DNA of 58,422 bases, the filler included, from Porpidia crustulata (lineage: Eukaryota): NCBI GenBank assembly GCA_964255105.1. It is 5 parts of 5 records of this genome, joined end to end, with 100 filler letters (N's around TTAATTAATTAA, not from the genome) between each part and the next. Parts side by side here need not be neighbours in the genome. Positions count along the whole stretch, not along the records: positions 46,831 to 58,422 come from CAXUWE010000633.1; 4 more parts are not named here. The stretch is one strand, 5' to 3'. The position numbers and the translations under genes are program-made. The notes beneath the pieces are model-generated. The model searched no databases. It saw nothing but the letters and a program-made list of their open reading frames with translations, and was not told where the DNA came from. Numbering within the stretch: the stretch's first letter is position 1; every line of letters starts with the position of its first letter. Positions 47,603 to 58,422 of this stretch are shown here, in pieces.

Positions 47603-50600
47603 TTAGAACCCCCTACCGACGACCTTTCTCCTCCTGCCGAAAAACCCTCTCAGCCCACCTTCTTCCCTGCCCGCAAAATTCGTCCCCGTTGACCTCTGCT
47701 GCACCGGCGGCGGCGGCGGCGCGCTGTTCTTCAAAAAATCCGCAAGGTCGCTCACGCCGCCACCGTCTTCGCGTTCGGACCGCGGCTGCGCGCCCTGCCT
47801 CAGCCGTCCGTTGCTGCCATCGCGCTCGGCCCGAGCCGGACCGTTGCGCTCGCGGTCGACGTGGGCGGCGTACGTGGGTTTGGTGGGCTTGTAGGTGTCA
47901 AATTTGGAGCCGATCTGGGTGATGAGATGTGGAGACGTTTCGCGAGGGTTGAGAGGGGGAAGCTGGGGCGCTTCCGTAGCGCGGCCGCGGGAAGCTGTGG
48001 GGACGGACGAGGTGCTTGCTTGTAGGGATTTGGTGCTGCTTGGTATGGCGTTGAGGTTTCGTGGAGGGTTTGCGGATCCGTTTCTACTGGAACGTTCGCG
48101 CGTTGTCGAGCCACCGGCTTTGCTGGCTTCCCTTTTGACTCCGTATCCTTTTGGCTTGGGGATGCCATCAAACGCCGAAGGAACTCTTGGTAGTCCCGAG
48201 GGAGGAGGTGTCACGCTACGCAGGAAATCCATGAGGCTCTCTTCCTTATCCTGCGGATTCCGTCTGCCCGAGTATTCCTCATCGCTATCAGAATCAATCG
48301 CGTAGGGGTCTTTGACCCGGCGCTGCCTGCGTTTTGGCGCTTGGGGAGGTTCATCGAGACGTGTGGATGGATTTTGGGGCGCTAAATTTCTCTTGGCACT
48401 TGATTTGCCCGAATTACCGAGTAAGCCTGTCCTCGAATTTGTTGAGACGACCGACTGGGTTGGAGCTGAGCTATCCAGCGTGCTTGCGACTGAGCTACGT
48501 GAAATATCCTTGGAGTTGGCGTATCCAAGACTACGAGCCTCTTCAGAATTCGCTTTGGCACGGTGCCCAGCTACAGACGTGGGTGCACGGGCGGTGCCGT
48601 TTTTCCAGTCATTACCCGGTCCTTGGCGAATGAAATCTATCAGCTCGTTCGTGTCCCGGGACGACACCGTCGGCTCACGAGCCTGAAGTTTAGATCTTGA
48701 CCGTGTCGAGCCGTTCTCTTCATTTCTTGCGGGTGCTGAAGTTGAATCCGATTGAACATACTTACGAGGCAGTGCTTGCCCCTGTCCTTGTCTTGACGCC
48801 GGCCGCGAATTTTGCTTGGGCGTAACGTTCGTTCGAGATGCATTTGCATACTTGGCTATGTCTGGCTGAGGCTTTGCTTCATGCTCTGGTCCCGTAGACC
48901 TAATGAAATCTACAAAGTCTCTGGTAGTCTCCTTTTCAAGCCTAGCATCACGAGCGGCAGCGTGAGCAGATCGCCCACTGCCAGGGCTCCTAGGCGCAAG
49001 TGCCTGTAACGCTGGCCCTGTCGAGGAGAACGTGGCTGCAGATGGTGACTTTGGTTCCTTGAGACTAGTAGTAGGATTCGACCGGAGCCCATTCGTTCCC
49101 TTAATAGAAGCACTAGAGCGGCCGGTTGCTGGTCGAGCGTGGTCGTTGTTTGATTGCGAAGTATTTCTCGAAATATTGGAAGATACTTCGGCCTCGGATC
49201 GCTTCTGCACATTTCTTCTCGGGGACTCCGGTCCCTGCAATGAATTAGAAGGCTCTGTCGGAACGGGAGTATCACTTGTTCTTACCTCCATTTTCTGGAT
49301 GCTATGCGGTGTGAGCGTATACTGGATGGTCTCGTCACTGTTAATGAGTTGCTCGAAGCTTTGTTGTTTATCGTCGACCTTTGGCGTCCTCAGTGAGTGT
49401 TTGTCACTGATAAAACTACTGTTACCCTCGGAAGAGTTGCGCGACAGAACTTGCTGTCGGTTGACATCGCCAGACTCTCGACCCAAGAAACCTTTCAATT
49501 TCTGGGATACTTGTGAAGTACTAGAGCTAGAGGTATGTGCAGGACGTAGGTCGCGATTGCTACTTGACGAGGTCCTACCCTGAGGCGTCAGTGGATCGCG
49601 AGGGCCAGCCGGGGAAGGCACGACACGTTGCAAAGTAGCTCGCTCTGCCCCTGTATATACGGGGGGAAGCTGATCGCGATAGTCAGAAAGCTTAGAAGCT
49701 GGTTTTGCGTGAGCGAATATCGAAGGGGAGAACATTCCAGGCATGGCTACTTCAGCATTCTGCAGGCGATCTGCAGGTGTGAAAACTCCAGATCTGGACG
49801 TGTCATGGCTCGGAGCCAGCGATGAGGCTTCGTCAGATGTATCGTGAGCTGCATCTACCAATTCTCGCAGTGGAGTAAGAGCCGGAATGCCTTGTTCTAT
49901 TCCTATTGTGGGGTTGCTAAGGTTGACGTCTGATCTAGGTGAATCCTCCTGGAAAGTCTGTCGCGCAATCGGTGTCGAAGCGCCATCTCGCTGGTGATTA
50001 CGATCAACCACTCCTTCATACATATCAGATGATTCAAAGTTCTCATTACGGAGCGACTGAGTTTGCGTTGTTGCAGCGCTCGCAAGGTTGTCAAAATGCC
50101 CAGAACGTCTCAACTCATTTCCTCTATCGTTTCTCGAACTTTTTGAGTTCGATACACCATCCTTTTGCAAAAAAGTTTCGTTCTCGTCGTCATAGCCTTC
50201 CCCAGATGTGACCACCTTGGATGCAGGTAGCTGCTTTTCCTCGTCTATTAAGCGGGCGTTGGCAGTATCGGCAGTCGTGAGACTGTAGTTACTAGAAGCA
50301 GCGCGAGACAGCGTTTCAGCCAGTCCTTGAGAGTAATTCATGGCTTGGGGTATTGCTTGAAGGTCATAGTCTTCTTTTTGAATATCCGATCTCCTATCCA
50401 CTACACTTCTAGCGTTTTGTGCCGGTGCCTGTGGCGTATTCATGGAATTTCTGACACTTGAAAGTTGCAAACCATCAGCTGCAGCAATTGGTCGAGCAGC
50501 AAGACTTGAAACCTCGGACTCGGACGTTGATTTGTCCGCAAGCCAGGGGAGGTCTTCCTTAGTGTATACGCGACCCTCGTGTTTATGTGTTAGAGAATCT

Positions 50601-52015
50601 GCTCCTTCGGCGGGCGAAGAGATAAATCCCCCCATTGGTGGTTCACGATGTGTTTGCTGCAGGTTGGGCAGAGATGACGATCTATGGCGGCGCACTGACT
50701 GGATATTCTTAGGTTTTTGCTTGTCCGCATCCGCATCCACTGGTCGTTGAAGCTGTGACGGTTGTACTTGCGTTGGGTGCGCCGACGCCTTTGGGTACTC
50801 GAAGACACTAAGAGGACGGTCCTTGCCCCTAGGATTCTCTCTCCTACCAGCAATCTCTGACGAGTAATTTGGCACCTCTATCTCAGCGACATCATCATTT
50901 GTGGAAGGAAGGGGAACCGACGCAGGATCCATTTCTGTTTGGAGCACTGCCGCGACTGAAGGCCGGTTTGCAGCGTCATAATAACCATTAACTCCGTCCA
51001 TCTGATTGGGACTGGCGGTTCTACTGCTGCGATTACTGCCAGTGGTTGAAGTCGCTCTCGTACCGGATAATGGCCTGTGGCTGGAAACGCTGGAAGATCT
51101 GACTCTTTTCTTCCATGACCTCCATAATCGGCCCAATGTTGTATTGAAGGCCAATTTTTCCATATCGACGTCTTCCACAACGACCCGATGTGCTTTTTGT
51201 GTGCTTGAATTATGTACTTCACGAAAATGAAGCCCACTTCTCTGCCGATTATAAGCCGCTTCGCCAGCCATTATCAAAGCGTGCTCGCCGATAAATTCCA
51301 ATATGGAAGTGAGAAATATCGCTGCCGCAGGAGATACTAGGCCAATATCCCGGGAAACCCGACGACGGTCGTCGTTTACTTCTTCCAGGCGTTCCCGTTC
51401 AATATACAGCTCCTCGTCTTCTTCCTCCATGTCACCTAAACGAGTATACACCATACACCGTAACCTTGTCCTTCTCCATATCAGGTTCAGATCATAATTT
51501 CCCCGTGATTCTTGACCATGATGAAACGCTGTCAACTCTTCATCATCTCCACCTCCGAGGAACTCCTCAAGTTCCTGGTCGGCTCCATCGATGGCATCCT
51601 TGGCGAGACGAGGCTTGAGCACTTCCTGCACCGCAGGCCTCAAAGCCGCAATCGAAGTTGACCGCGAGCTGGCAAGGATACTGAATAAGAGATTGTCGAG
51701 GAAGGCATTGACAAGTGCCAACGATGCAGGTGAGACCAAGGCCGCCTCCGTCTCGACACCATTTCCCGCTCCATCAAACCAATCAGTCTCCCTGTTTTGA
51801 TGATCACTGGTAACAATTTGCGAGGCGGCAGATGCCGCAATAAAGGCTGGCTCCGGGTCGATCATCGGCGGCAATGCCAGCGGCGAGGTGACCGACATCG
51901 ACGAGAGTCGGTCACTCGAGAGACTCTGAGTTCGTTGCATTGCCACTGAGGGAAGGTCTGGCCAGGAGAGGGAGTGACTCGTCTTCCGAGATGACACGGC
52001 GGAATCTCGTAGCAT
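47603..52015 (-). CDS. Large uncharacterised protein with histone-fold-like N-terminal region and disordered C-terminus
   Basis: 1470-codon ORF with a probable in-frame 51-nt intron at 49235-49285. VSPAAAIFLTSILEFIGEHALIMAGEAA resembles the H2A central helix. Confidence 0.8.
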   Translation of the reverse strand: MLRDSAVSSRKTSHSLSWPDLPSVAMQRTQSLSSDRLSSMSVTSPLALPPMIDPEPAFIAASAASQIVTSDHQNRETDWFDGAGNGVETEAALVSPASLALVNAFLDNLLFSILASSRSTSIAALRPAVQEVLKPRLAKDAIDGADQELEEFLGGGDDEELTAFHHGQESRGNYDLNLIWRRTRLRCMVYTRLGDMEEEDEELYIERERLEEVNDDRRRVSRDIGLVSPAAAIFLTSILEFIGEHALIMAGEAAYNRQRSGLHFREVHNSSTQKAHRVVVEDVDMEKLAFNTTLGRLWRSWKKRVRSSSVSSHRPLSGTRATSTTGSNRSSRTASPNQMDGVNGYYDAANRPSVAAVLQTEMDPASVPLPSTNDDVAEIEVPNYSSEIAGRRENPRGKDRPLSVFEYPKASAHPTQVQPSQLQRPVDADADKQKPKNIQSVRRHRSSSLPNLQQTHREPPMGGFISSPAEGADSLTHKHEGRVYTKEDLPWLADKSTSESEVSSLAARPIAAADGLQLSSVRNSMNTPQAPAQNARSVVDRRSDIQKEDYDLQAIPQAMNYSQGLAETLSRAASSNYSLTTADTANARLIDEEKQLPASKVVTSGEGYDDENETFLQKDGVSNSKSSRNDRGNELRRSGHFDNLASAATTQTQSLRNENFESSDMYEGVVDRNHQRDGASTPIARQTFQEDSPRSDVNLSNPTIGIEQGIPALTPLRELVDAAHDTSDEASSLAPSHDTSRSGVFTPADRLQNAEVAMPGMFSPSIFAHAKPASKLSDYRDQLPPVYTGAERATLQRVVPSPAGPRDPLTPQGRTSSSSNRDLRPAHTSSSSTSQVSQKLKGFLGRESGDVNRQQVLSRNSSEGNSSFISDKHSLRTPKVDDKQQSFEQLINSDETIQYTLTPHSIQKMEVRTSDTPVPTEPSNSLQGPESPRRNVQKRSEAEVSSNISRNTSQSNNDHARPATGRSSASIKGTNGLRSNPTTSLKEPKSPSAATFSSTGPALQALAPRSPGSGRSAHAAARDARLEKETTRDFVDFIRSTGPEHEAKPQPDIAKYANASRTNVTPKQNSRPASRQGQGQALPRKYVQSDSTSAPARNEENGSTRSRSKLQAREPTVSSRDTNELIDFIRQGPGNDWKNGTARAPTSVAGHRAKANSEEARSLGYANSKDISRSSVASTLDSSAPTQSVVSTNSRTGLLGNSGKSSAKRNLAPQNPSTRLDEPPQAPKRRQRRVKDPYAIDSDSDEEYSGRRNPQDKEESLMDFLRSVTPPPSGLPRVPSAFDGIPKPKGYGVKREASKAGGSTTRERSSRNGSANPPRNLNAIPSSTKSLQASTSSVPTASRGRATEAPQLPPLNPRETSPHLITQIGSKFDTYKPTKPTYAAHVDRERNGPARAERDGSNGRLRQGAQPRSEREDGGGVSDLADFLKNSAPPPPPVQQRSTGTNFAGREEGGLRGFFGRRRKVVGRGF

Positions 52016-53701
52016 TCACAAAATCTCTAATGACTCCTACTTATATACTCAGACATGCTGATGCGAATGGGGCCAGAGTCATCCCGTCCTTCTGATTGGC
52101 CGCCGAGTGTCGTAAGCGAATGATGAGAAGGTAAGGTAGATCGTTATAAGACCGTCATTCCACTCAGACTCGGTTTAATGCATCAGGAGACGGAGAGTGC
52201 AGCTCGATAGATTCGAAGTCGAGAAGCAAAAGAGCTTGTAAGGAATTGGTGGTAGTCTGGGTGACTGGTAGCGACCACACCGGTAGCTTTGAAGCGAACT
52301 ATCTACCTCTCACCCTTCCAGCCTTCCCCCGGCTTAAGCACGGAAAGGTCCGAGGGTTCCATTTAGATACCGTAACTTAAAGTGCTTCGGTAGTACTAGA
52401 TAAAGTAACCCCCTGCGGCAGAGATTCCGCTCAGTCAATTCAGAAGCCTCTACTCTAGCCTCATAACTTGATGTGAGTTCAACTTTTGCCGAAAGTACTT
52501 ACCGCCACAAGGGAAACGCCCCCAAATCAAAGTACCTCAGCCCGGTCGGTACATCCTTATGGCCCTAGTCTTGAATAGTCCTAGCCTCACTACCAAATGA
52601 TCGGACGAAGGATTCTTTCCAAAGTGACCACCATGACCATCAGACCGCCGATATCAACTCAGTTCTCGAGCAAACGAGCAGCCAACAACATGCTGGCCTC
52701 TTGTTGCAGAACGACGCAAAACATTTACGAACGGCACCATGATGGTGCTGATGAAGACAAAGCAAAAGAGAAGATTGTGTCGGCATCACAAGGACCTGCA
52801 ACCACTGCACCACTGCACGACTTGCACCATCAGATTCAGACCAACTTCCCGACGCATTTGCTCCGGGTAAGCCCAATCAACCACCACGCTATGCCGTTTC
52901 ACAAGCAGTGACAACTCCACTATGAAAACTAAGCTACGACATCATCCCTACCACGGTAATCCAGGTCCTCAAGACTTCGCTTCAATATCTCGGAGCGACT
53001 CCATCTTCACTGCAGACTGCTGCAAAATGAAAATTAATGAATCTGAGGAATCTAAGACTGGTGATAGGAATACATGCGCGATGATGCAATAGCGGTCAAG
53101 GTTCAAAATGTTCCTGTGCAACAATATTTATCGATCTTACAAGTCTCTTAAAACATCCATTATCAACAAACCCGGTTGTCTGTCCTTCTCTTATCACCAT
53201 AGCTCTACATGTCAACAGATCCGCTCCTCTCTTGCAACTCCCTTCGAAGCATAAGTTCAGTTCTTGGCTACTCCACGGAACCTGATGCAAGTTTCCCACA
53301 AACCGGAAGTTTCAAAAAGAGGGTGACGCCGGGACAGGAGATATTTGTGGGCATATAATTTCTACGATTTTGATGTCTGACAGAAATTAACCTTCGCTGA
53401 CATCGATGATGCATAAGATCTACGTTTTCCTATTTGAGGCACTCAGTGATTTTGCGGTCGGAAAAATACTGGCAACTAAAGAGTAAGACTATCTGGAAGG
53501 TACGCTGCATCTATGGTGCTGGGTATCTGAATAACAATAGCGAGTGTTACTATGTAAGTGGCTAGCTGCTCCGGCCGTCATAATCGTACACCGAGGGTAT
53601 ATGTAAAACAACAATTACTCATAATGCAGAATTTGGAAGCTCTTAATGCCAAACATTGGCGAAGAGCCTTGGTATCATTGAAGTCACAATTCCTAATCGA
53701 A

Positions 53702-54055
53702 TCAGATCTGAACTGCCACTTGGGATCGACTAGGAGGAAACGAACCTTGCCTATTTGGTGCATGCCCCCCAGGCGCCGATGGCCATAGATTCTTAGATCT
53801 ATAGCCATATCTCCTATCCAATATGCTGAATTCTGCTCCTGGATTCGTGCTGTCCCAACGACTTCTTTGATCCCATACTTGCTTTCTTTGGCAAGATTTA
53901 CATGCCGAGCTCACCCTGTTGGTCCCATCTTCTACACTATTCCAGCAGCCGCGGGCCAAACCAGGTCGTCCCATTGCGACTGCGCATGGCTCAACATTAA
54001 GTCTCGGGCCCCAATGACCGCATGGAGCATGGTAAGTATTTTGGAGGTAGCACAT
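53702..54055 (-). CDS. Small Cys/His-rich protein (putative zinc binding)
   Basis: ATG in good context (CGAAATG). Pattern MC...Y...CGH...C...C...CxxC. The upstream leader is C/A-rich. Confidence 0.55.
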   Translation of the reverse strand: MCYLQNTYHAPCGHWGPRLNVEPCAVAMGRPGLARGCWNSVEDGTNRVSSACKSCQRKQVWDQRSRWDSTNPGAEFSILDRRYGYRSKNLWPSAPGGHAPNRQGSFPPSRSQVAVQI

Positions 54056-55893
54056 TTCGTCTTGTTCTTCTATGAGCTTTCATACATCCACTGCCTCTTT
54101 ACAAGGTGCAATTCGACGCTTGGGATGGTATTGGTTTTGGTGTATTTGCGCGCGTTCTTGGATGGTGAGCAATGTTTTTGGGTTTGGTAATAGATGGCTC
54201 CATTGCAAGATAGGGAGGCTTTTTTGATTCGTTGTTCACTTATATCCCCATCTACTCGTTGTCCGTCGGTGTGTTGTCGAGTTCCGAATGTACAGATACG
54301 TAAAATGTAGGCTGGGGGAGATTTGGGGGGGGAGTTGACAGCAACTTTGTATTGCCTTGGTATGACACACAAAGGATTGTGCTCTAGCTGCGTACAATCG
54401 CCGTGTTTGCAGCTGTACGATTTGGTTCTTACGATTGCCGTAGACCAATGTTTTCTCTTTGTCCAGCAAGACGTGTTTGTGAGCACTGCTTCCTCGCGGC
54501 AGCCTGTTCATTTCGCCTTGCTATTGCTTTACAGAGTGGCCAGGGAGTTCGATCCTGCCGACATCTTCACTCCACAAGCCCTGAGCTTCTCCGCATCGTC
54601 TATGCTACGGCAGGATGCATGGGGGTTGACATTGCCGCGAGGAAACTAGATTGTTACCTCTGATGAGGGTGCAATGCGTCAATCAGACCAATCGAATCCG
54701 CCGCACAGTTAGCAGATCATCTCCAAACCAATGGGGCAGGCGCTGTCATCGGGAAGCCGCTTCTTTACTCTAGGAAATACCTTGCAGACATAAGGCACTG
54801 CAATAGCATCGCAGCACGTTGACGGACAGAACACAAAGTAGTAACAGCACTTCGGATAACGCACTACGATGGGCCAGCATCATCCCCAAGCCAACAAATG
54901 GTGTCCCTCTCGCAGCCAATGGAGGCTGTGCACCTGGCAAGATATCTCGTTTTGGGGAGCATTCCCAGCGTTGAACAAACTTCATGAGTTTGACGGTAAC
55001 GTGATCTGACGGCTCACGTGTCCTGAGCATTGGGACTGTTAGCAATATCATCTCAGAGGTGAGCAAATTGCACGATTCTGGCCCACTCAACATTCCTGGC
55101 GTATTGAGTCTGGACTACATCATCGAGGGGGTTTTGGGTGATAAATTGCTTTTGCGCAGGAAATCAAAGACTCAGGGTTATGGTCCGTGATCAAATCAAA
55201 TTGGGCTCTCACGTCTCTCTACTTTCACTACGTATAATTTTCTATTGGTACAACGATGATTGTATTGGACCATGATTGACTGAAGTCGCTTATACAAAGC
55301 GAACAACCGCCCAAGTCGGACAAGGGAGGTCTTGCCCTACTACTCCTCATAGTTGAAGAAATTTAACTAAAAGGGGTCATTCTTATGACTAAGGCCAGCC
55401 GACTACCGATAGTCTAGCGCAGTCGACCAATAACAACGTTGCGATAAAGAATGAAGCTATGACTGGATGTACCGCTGGAGAAGTTGTGTTTTCGTTGCTC
55501 CCCCTCGTCCGCGTGGGGATGGCAGACTGATGGCGGCGACGTATGCGATGGGCAAGAATATCTATGTGTCAACGGTCGTGAAGGGACTCTGGTCTAGTCC
55601 ACGTCGCGTTTGACAGTGCTCCAGGACATCGACATGGTTGTCCATCAAGTTTCCAGATATCGACATTGTTATATCTGCCGTGTGGCCACCCGTCAGCGAG
55701 CATTTGCTTCTTCCGCTCCGTGATGAGACAGCAGATGAGATTTCCGAGATGCACATGTGCGTAATACGTTCGACGGTCCAATAGGCACATATGAGAGTTA
55801 TTCCGAAATCGGCAGGGATCTCTTCCTACGTGCAGCCTCTCAAACATAGCGTGCTTGAAGCGGGGTGGTTTGACTCCTAGTATTTGACGGAGT

Positions 55894-56321
55894 CTTATCG
55901 ATATTCGCTATGGATATCTGCCAAACGTGCGCAGTCGTGCCTCATGCTTAAATAGATTTATGGTCAGGTTGGAGATGGTTTACTGGTCTTGGATCTAACG
56001 TTGTAGGCAAGTAAGTATCCGTCGCCCTTCCAGATTTGATACTTTGCTTGGTATGCCAGGTACGGCTCGTCTGTAGAAGAAATGGTGGCAGTCGGAAGTA
56101 TCTAGTGTAGCCTTTGTGTAACCGAAGGCCTGGGTCGAAGATCAGCCAATGGTATTTTAAGAACATACGCCCCTCGCACCCACCGCCCACGCAATCCCAT
56201 TAGCCGTGATCCCTATCGACTTAGGTGCTTAGGTAGGTACTTATCGATACATCCCACTAAGCTATCTACTCCCTAGTGCCATGCCGCCGACGCTTCAGTC
56301 CTCTATAACTATTCACTTATC
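55894..56321. promoter_or_regulatory. GATA (CTTATC) sites upstream of glutamine synthetase
   Basis: CTTATC at 55894, 56240 and 56316, matching the HGATAR consensus of AreA/NIT2 nitrogen regulators. Confidence 0.45.
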
Positions 56322-56460
56322 TCCCAGCTCGTGTTACTCTATCATCTTCCTCCTCTTTTAGAGCTTTGCTTCTGCACTCACCTGAAAATCTCCTCATAGC
56401 TCACTAGACCGCCCCCAACTACCTCGAATCTTACTGCAAGTCCTGTAATAGTACGCAATC

Positions 56461-58000
56461 ATGGTCAGTGAAGCTCGAAAGCTCCTCCAAAAGCTACATG
56501 ATACTAATCAATTACTCAGGCTGAATCTACAACGGTCTCCAACACGGAGAATGTCAGTACAACGCTCAGCGTGGAGGCACGCAAGCTCAATGCTGACCGA
56601 TGGACCAGCTTATGAAATACCTGAGCTTGAACCAAAAGGGTAAAGTTCTGGCAGAATACATCTGGATTGATGGTACCAACGGTGTTCGCTCAAAGACCAA
56701 GGTATGTGGGAACACGCTGCTACCTGATTGCAAATCTTTGCTATCATCGCCTTGCGATCTGCCTTGTGAATGTGTTGCTGTGTTTGCTTTTGTTGAGGCG
56801 CTTATCGTGTCCCATGTCACCGATAAGCCTCACATCGCCCCAGCCTAGTCATTTGCTGCGCTTGAAGCACCACGGAAAATAATCGTGGGTTGTGCTAATT
56901 TTGGCCGCGATGATTTAACAGACCCTATCAGGCCCAGTCAAGAGCCACAAAGAACTATCAGAATGGAACTTTGACGGCTCATCGACCGGTCAAGCGCCAG
57001 GCGACAACTCCGATGTCTACCTTCGACCGGTTGCCATATATCCCGATCCCTTCCGCCAAGGTGACAATATCCTGGTGATGTGCGAAACCTGGGACCATGA
57101 TGGAAGCCCAAACAAATTCAACTATCGACATGACGCCGCCAGGTTGATGGACGCCAATGCCGACCAACACATATGGTTTGGACTTGAGCAAGAATATACC
57201 CTGCTAGGTCCGGACGGTTGGCCATATGGCTGGCCCAAGGGCGGTTACCCAGGTCCTCAAGGCCCATACTACTGTGCCGTTGGAACCGGAAAAGTCTACT
57301 GTAGAGATATCGTGGAAGCACACTACAAAGCCTGTTTGTATGCCGGCATTGAAATCTCTGGGATCAACGCAGAGGTGATGCCCGCTCAATGGGAATTTCA
57401 AGTTGGCCCTTGTGAAGGCATCAATCGTAAGTGATTTACATCTGCGCCATTCGGTGAGACCCGAAGCTAAGTAGCTACACAGTCGGTGACCAACTCTGGA
57501 TGGCGCGTTTCTTGCTCCACCGCGTCGCTGAGGAGTTTGGTGTCGTCATTACCTTCGCGCCCAAGCCTATTCCAGGAGATTGGAACGGTGCCGGACTTCA
57601 CACCAACGTATCGAGTGAAGCTATGCGCCAAGAGGGTGGAATGAAGCACATCGAGGCAGCCATGAAGAAGCTCGAGAAGCGTCATGTGGAACATATTGAA
57701 GTTTATGGAGAGGGCAACCGCGAGCGGCTTACCGGGCGACATGAAACTGGAAACATTGACGAATTCAGCTGGGGTGTTGCCAATCGTGGTGCCAGTATCC
57801 GGATTCCCCGACAATGCGCCATGGAGGGTAAGGGTTACTTCGAGGATCGAAGACCCGCAAGTAACGCATGTCCCTACCAAATCACCGGCATGATGATGGA
57901 GACTGTAAGTCGTTCCCCGCGTGCTACTGTAATATTCTTCAGCTAACCTGCTCCTGCTTAGATCTTCGGCGGACTGCCAGAGGAAAAGTTGCAGAAATAG
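56461..58000 (+). CDS. GLN1: Glutamine synthetase (GSII)
   Basis: [45 protein letters not shown] and YFEDRRP. Exons 56461-56463, 56520-56552, 56609-56701, 56922-57426, 57483-57904 and 57962-58000. Confidence 0.96.
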
Positions 58001-58422
58001 ATGAATCAGAATTATGAGGGTATGCTGGAACGGTACTTGCGCTTGGCGAGATCAGGGTTATGCTTGTGCCTGGAAAGCACACAGCGGAGGCGGGTTGTCG
58101 TCTTCTCGCTCCTCTTCAAACGTCAATAATCAAGCATAGAATCAGACGGCGTCTACAAGCAAGTGACCGCATTTCCCAGATCTGAGAACCACTATAGTCG
58201 TGAACGTATGTCTTCTTTCATGGCTCGTTTGGTTTGAGTACACCAAGGTCCCGCAGTCGTCTTGCTTGAATACACTAACCAATCACATCGTCTCTGGCTT
58301 TCAAAATTCAACAGTCGTATGGACAAATTTCAGGACGTATCATTCCTCGTCAAAAAAGCCCGCATCAACCCACAGCACCTCACATACAACCACCACCACC
58401 ATAAAAAAACACTCCATCCACC

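Noticed and set aside
52597..52911. 104-aa ORF on the plus strand
   Set aside because: No recognisable motif or splice partner. It could be a chance ORF, so it is not called without homology or expression data.
54545..54555. GAGTTCGATCC, resembling a tRNA T-loop / B-box
   Set aside because: No A-box, acceptor stem or cloverleaf can be built around it.

Overview
Eukaryotic DNA from a filamentous ascomycete (Pezizomycotina, judged from short GT-AG introns with CTRAC-like branch sites and from the RPB1 and glutamine synthetase sequences). The window is not one locus. It is five contigs of 11616, 11608, 11606, 11600 and 11592 bp, in descending size order, joined by an artificial N44-TTAATTAATTAA-N44 linker, so gene order across linkers is meaningless. 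Most of the content is housekeeping genes: DNA polymerase kappa, a PIN-like protein, a sulfurtransferase (TUM1), APC11, MRC1 (partial), the Ste7 MAPKK, SPT6, PRP4 kinase, TMA7, DAP1, a Tre2/Vps70-like M28 protein, SWD1, RPB1, THG1 and glutamine synthetase, plus several uncharacterised proteins. The most unusual signals are non-coding. Two related MITE-like inverted-repeat elements have CACGCG termini, apparent 5-bp GGTGY target duplications and a shared subterminal 17-mer, which is a Transib-like end signature. A long foldback element carries telomere-like repeats, and the long GLN1 intron holds a hairpin or inverted GATA pair. I found no transposase, CRISPR array, rRNA or tRNA gene, and I cannot support a new multi-gene protein system from this sequence.
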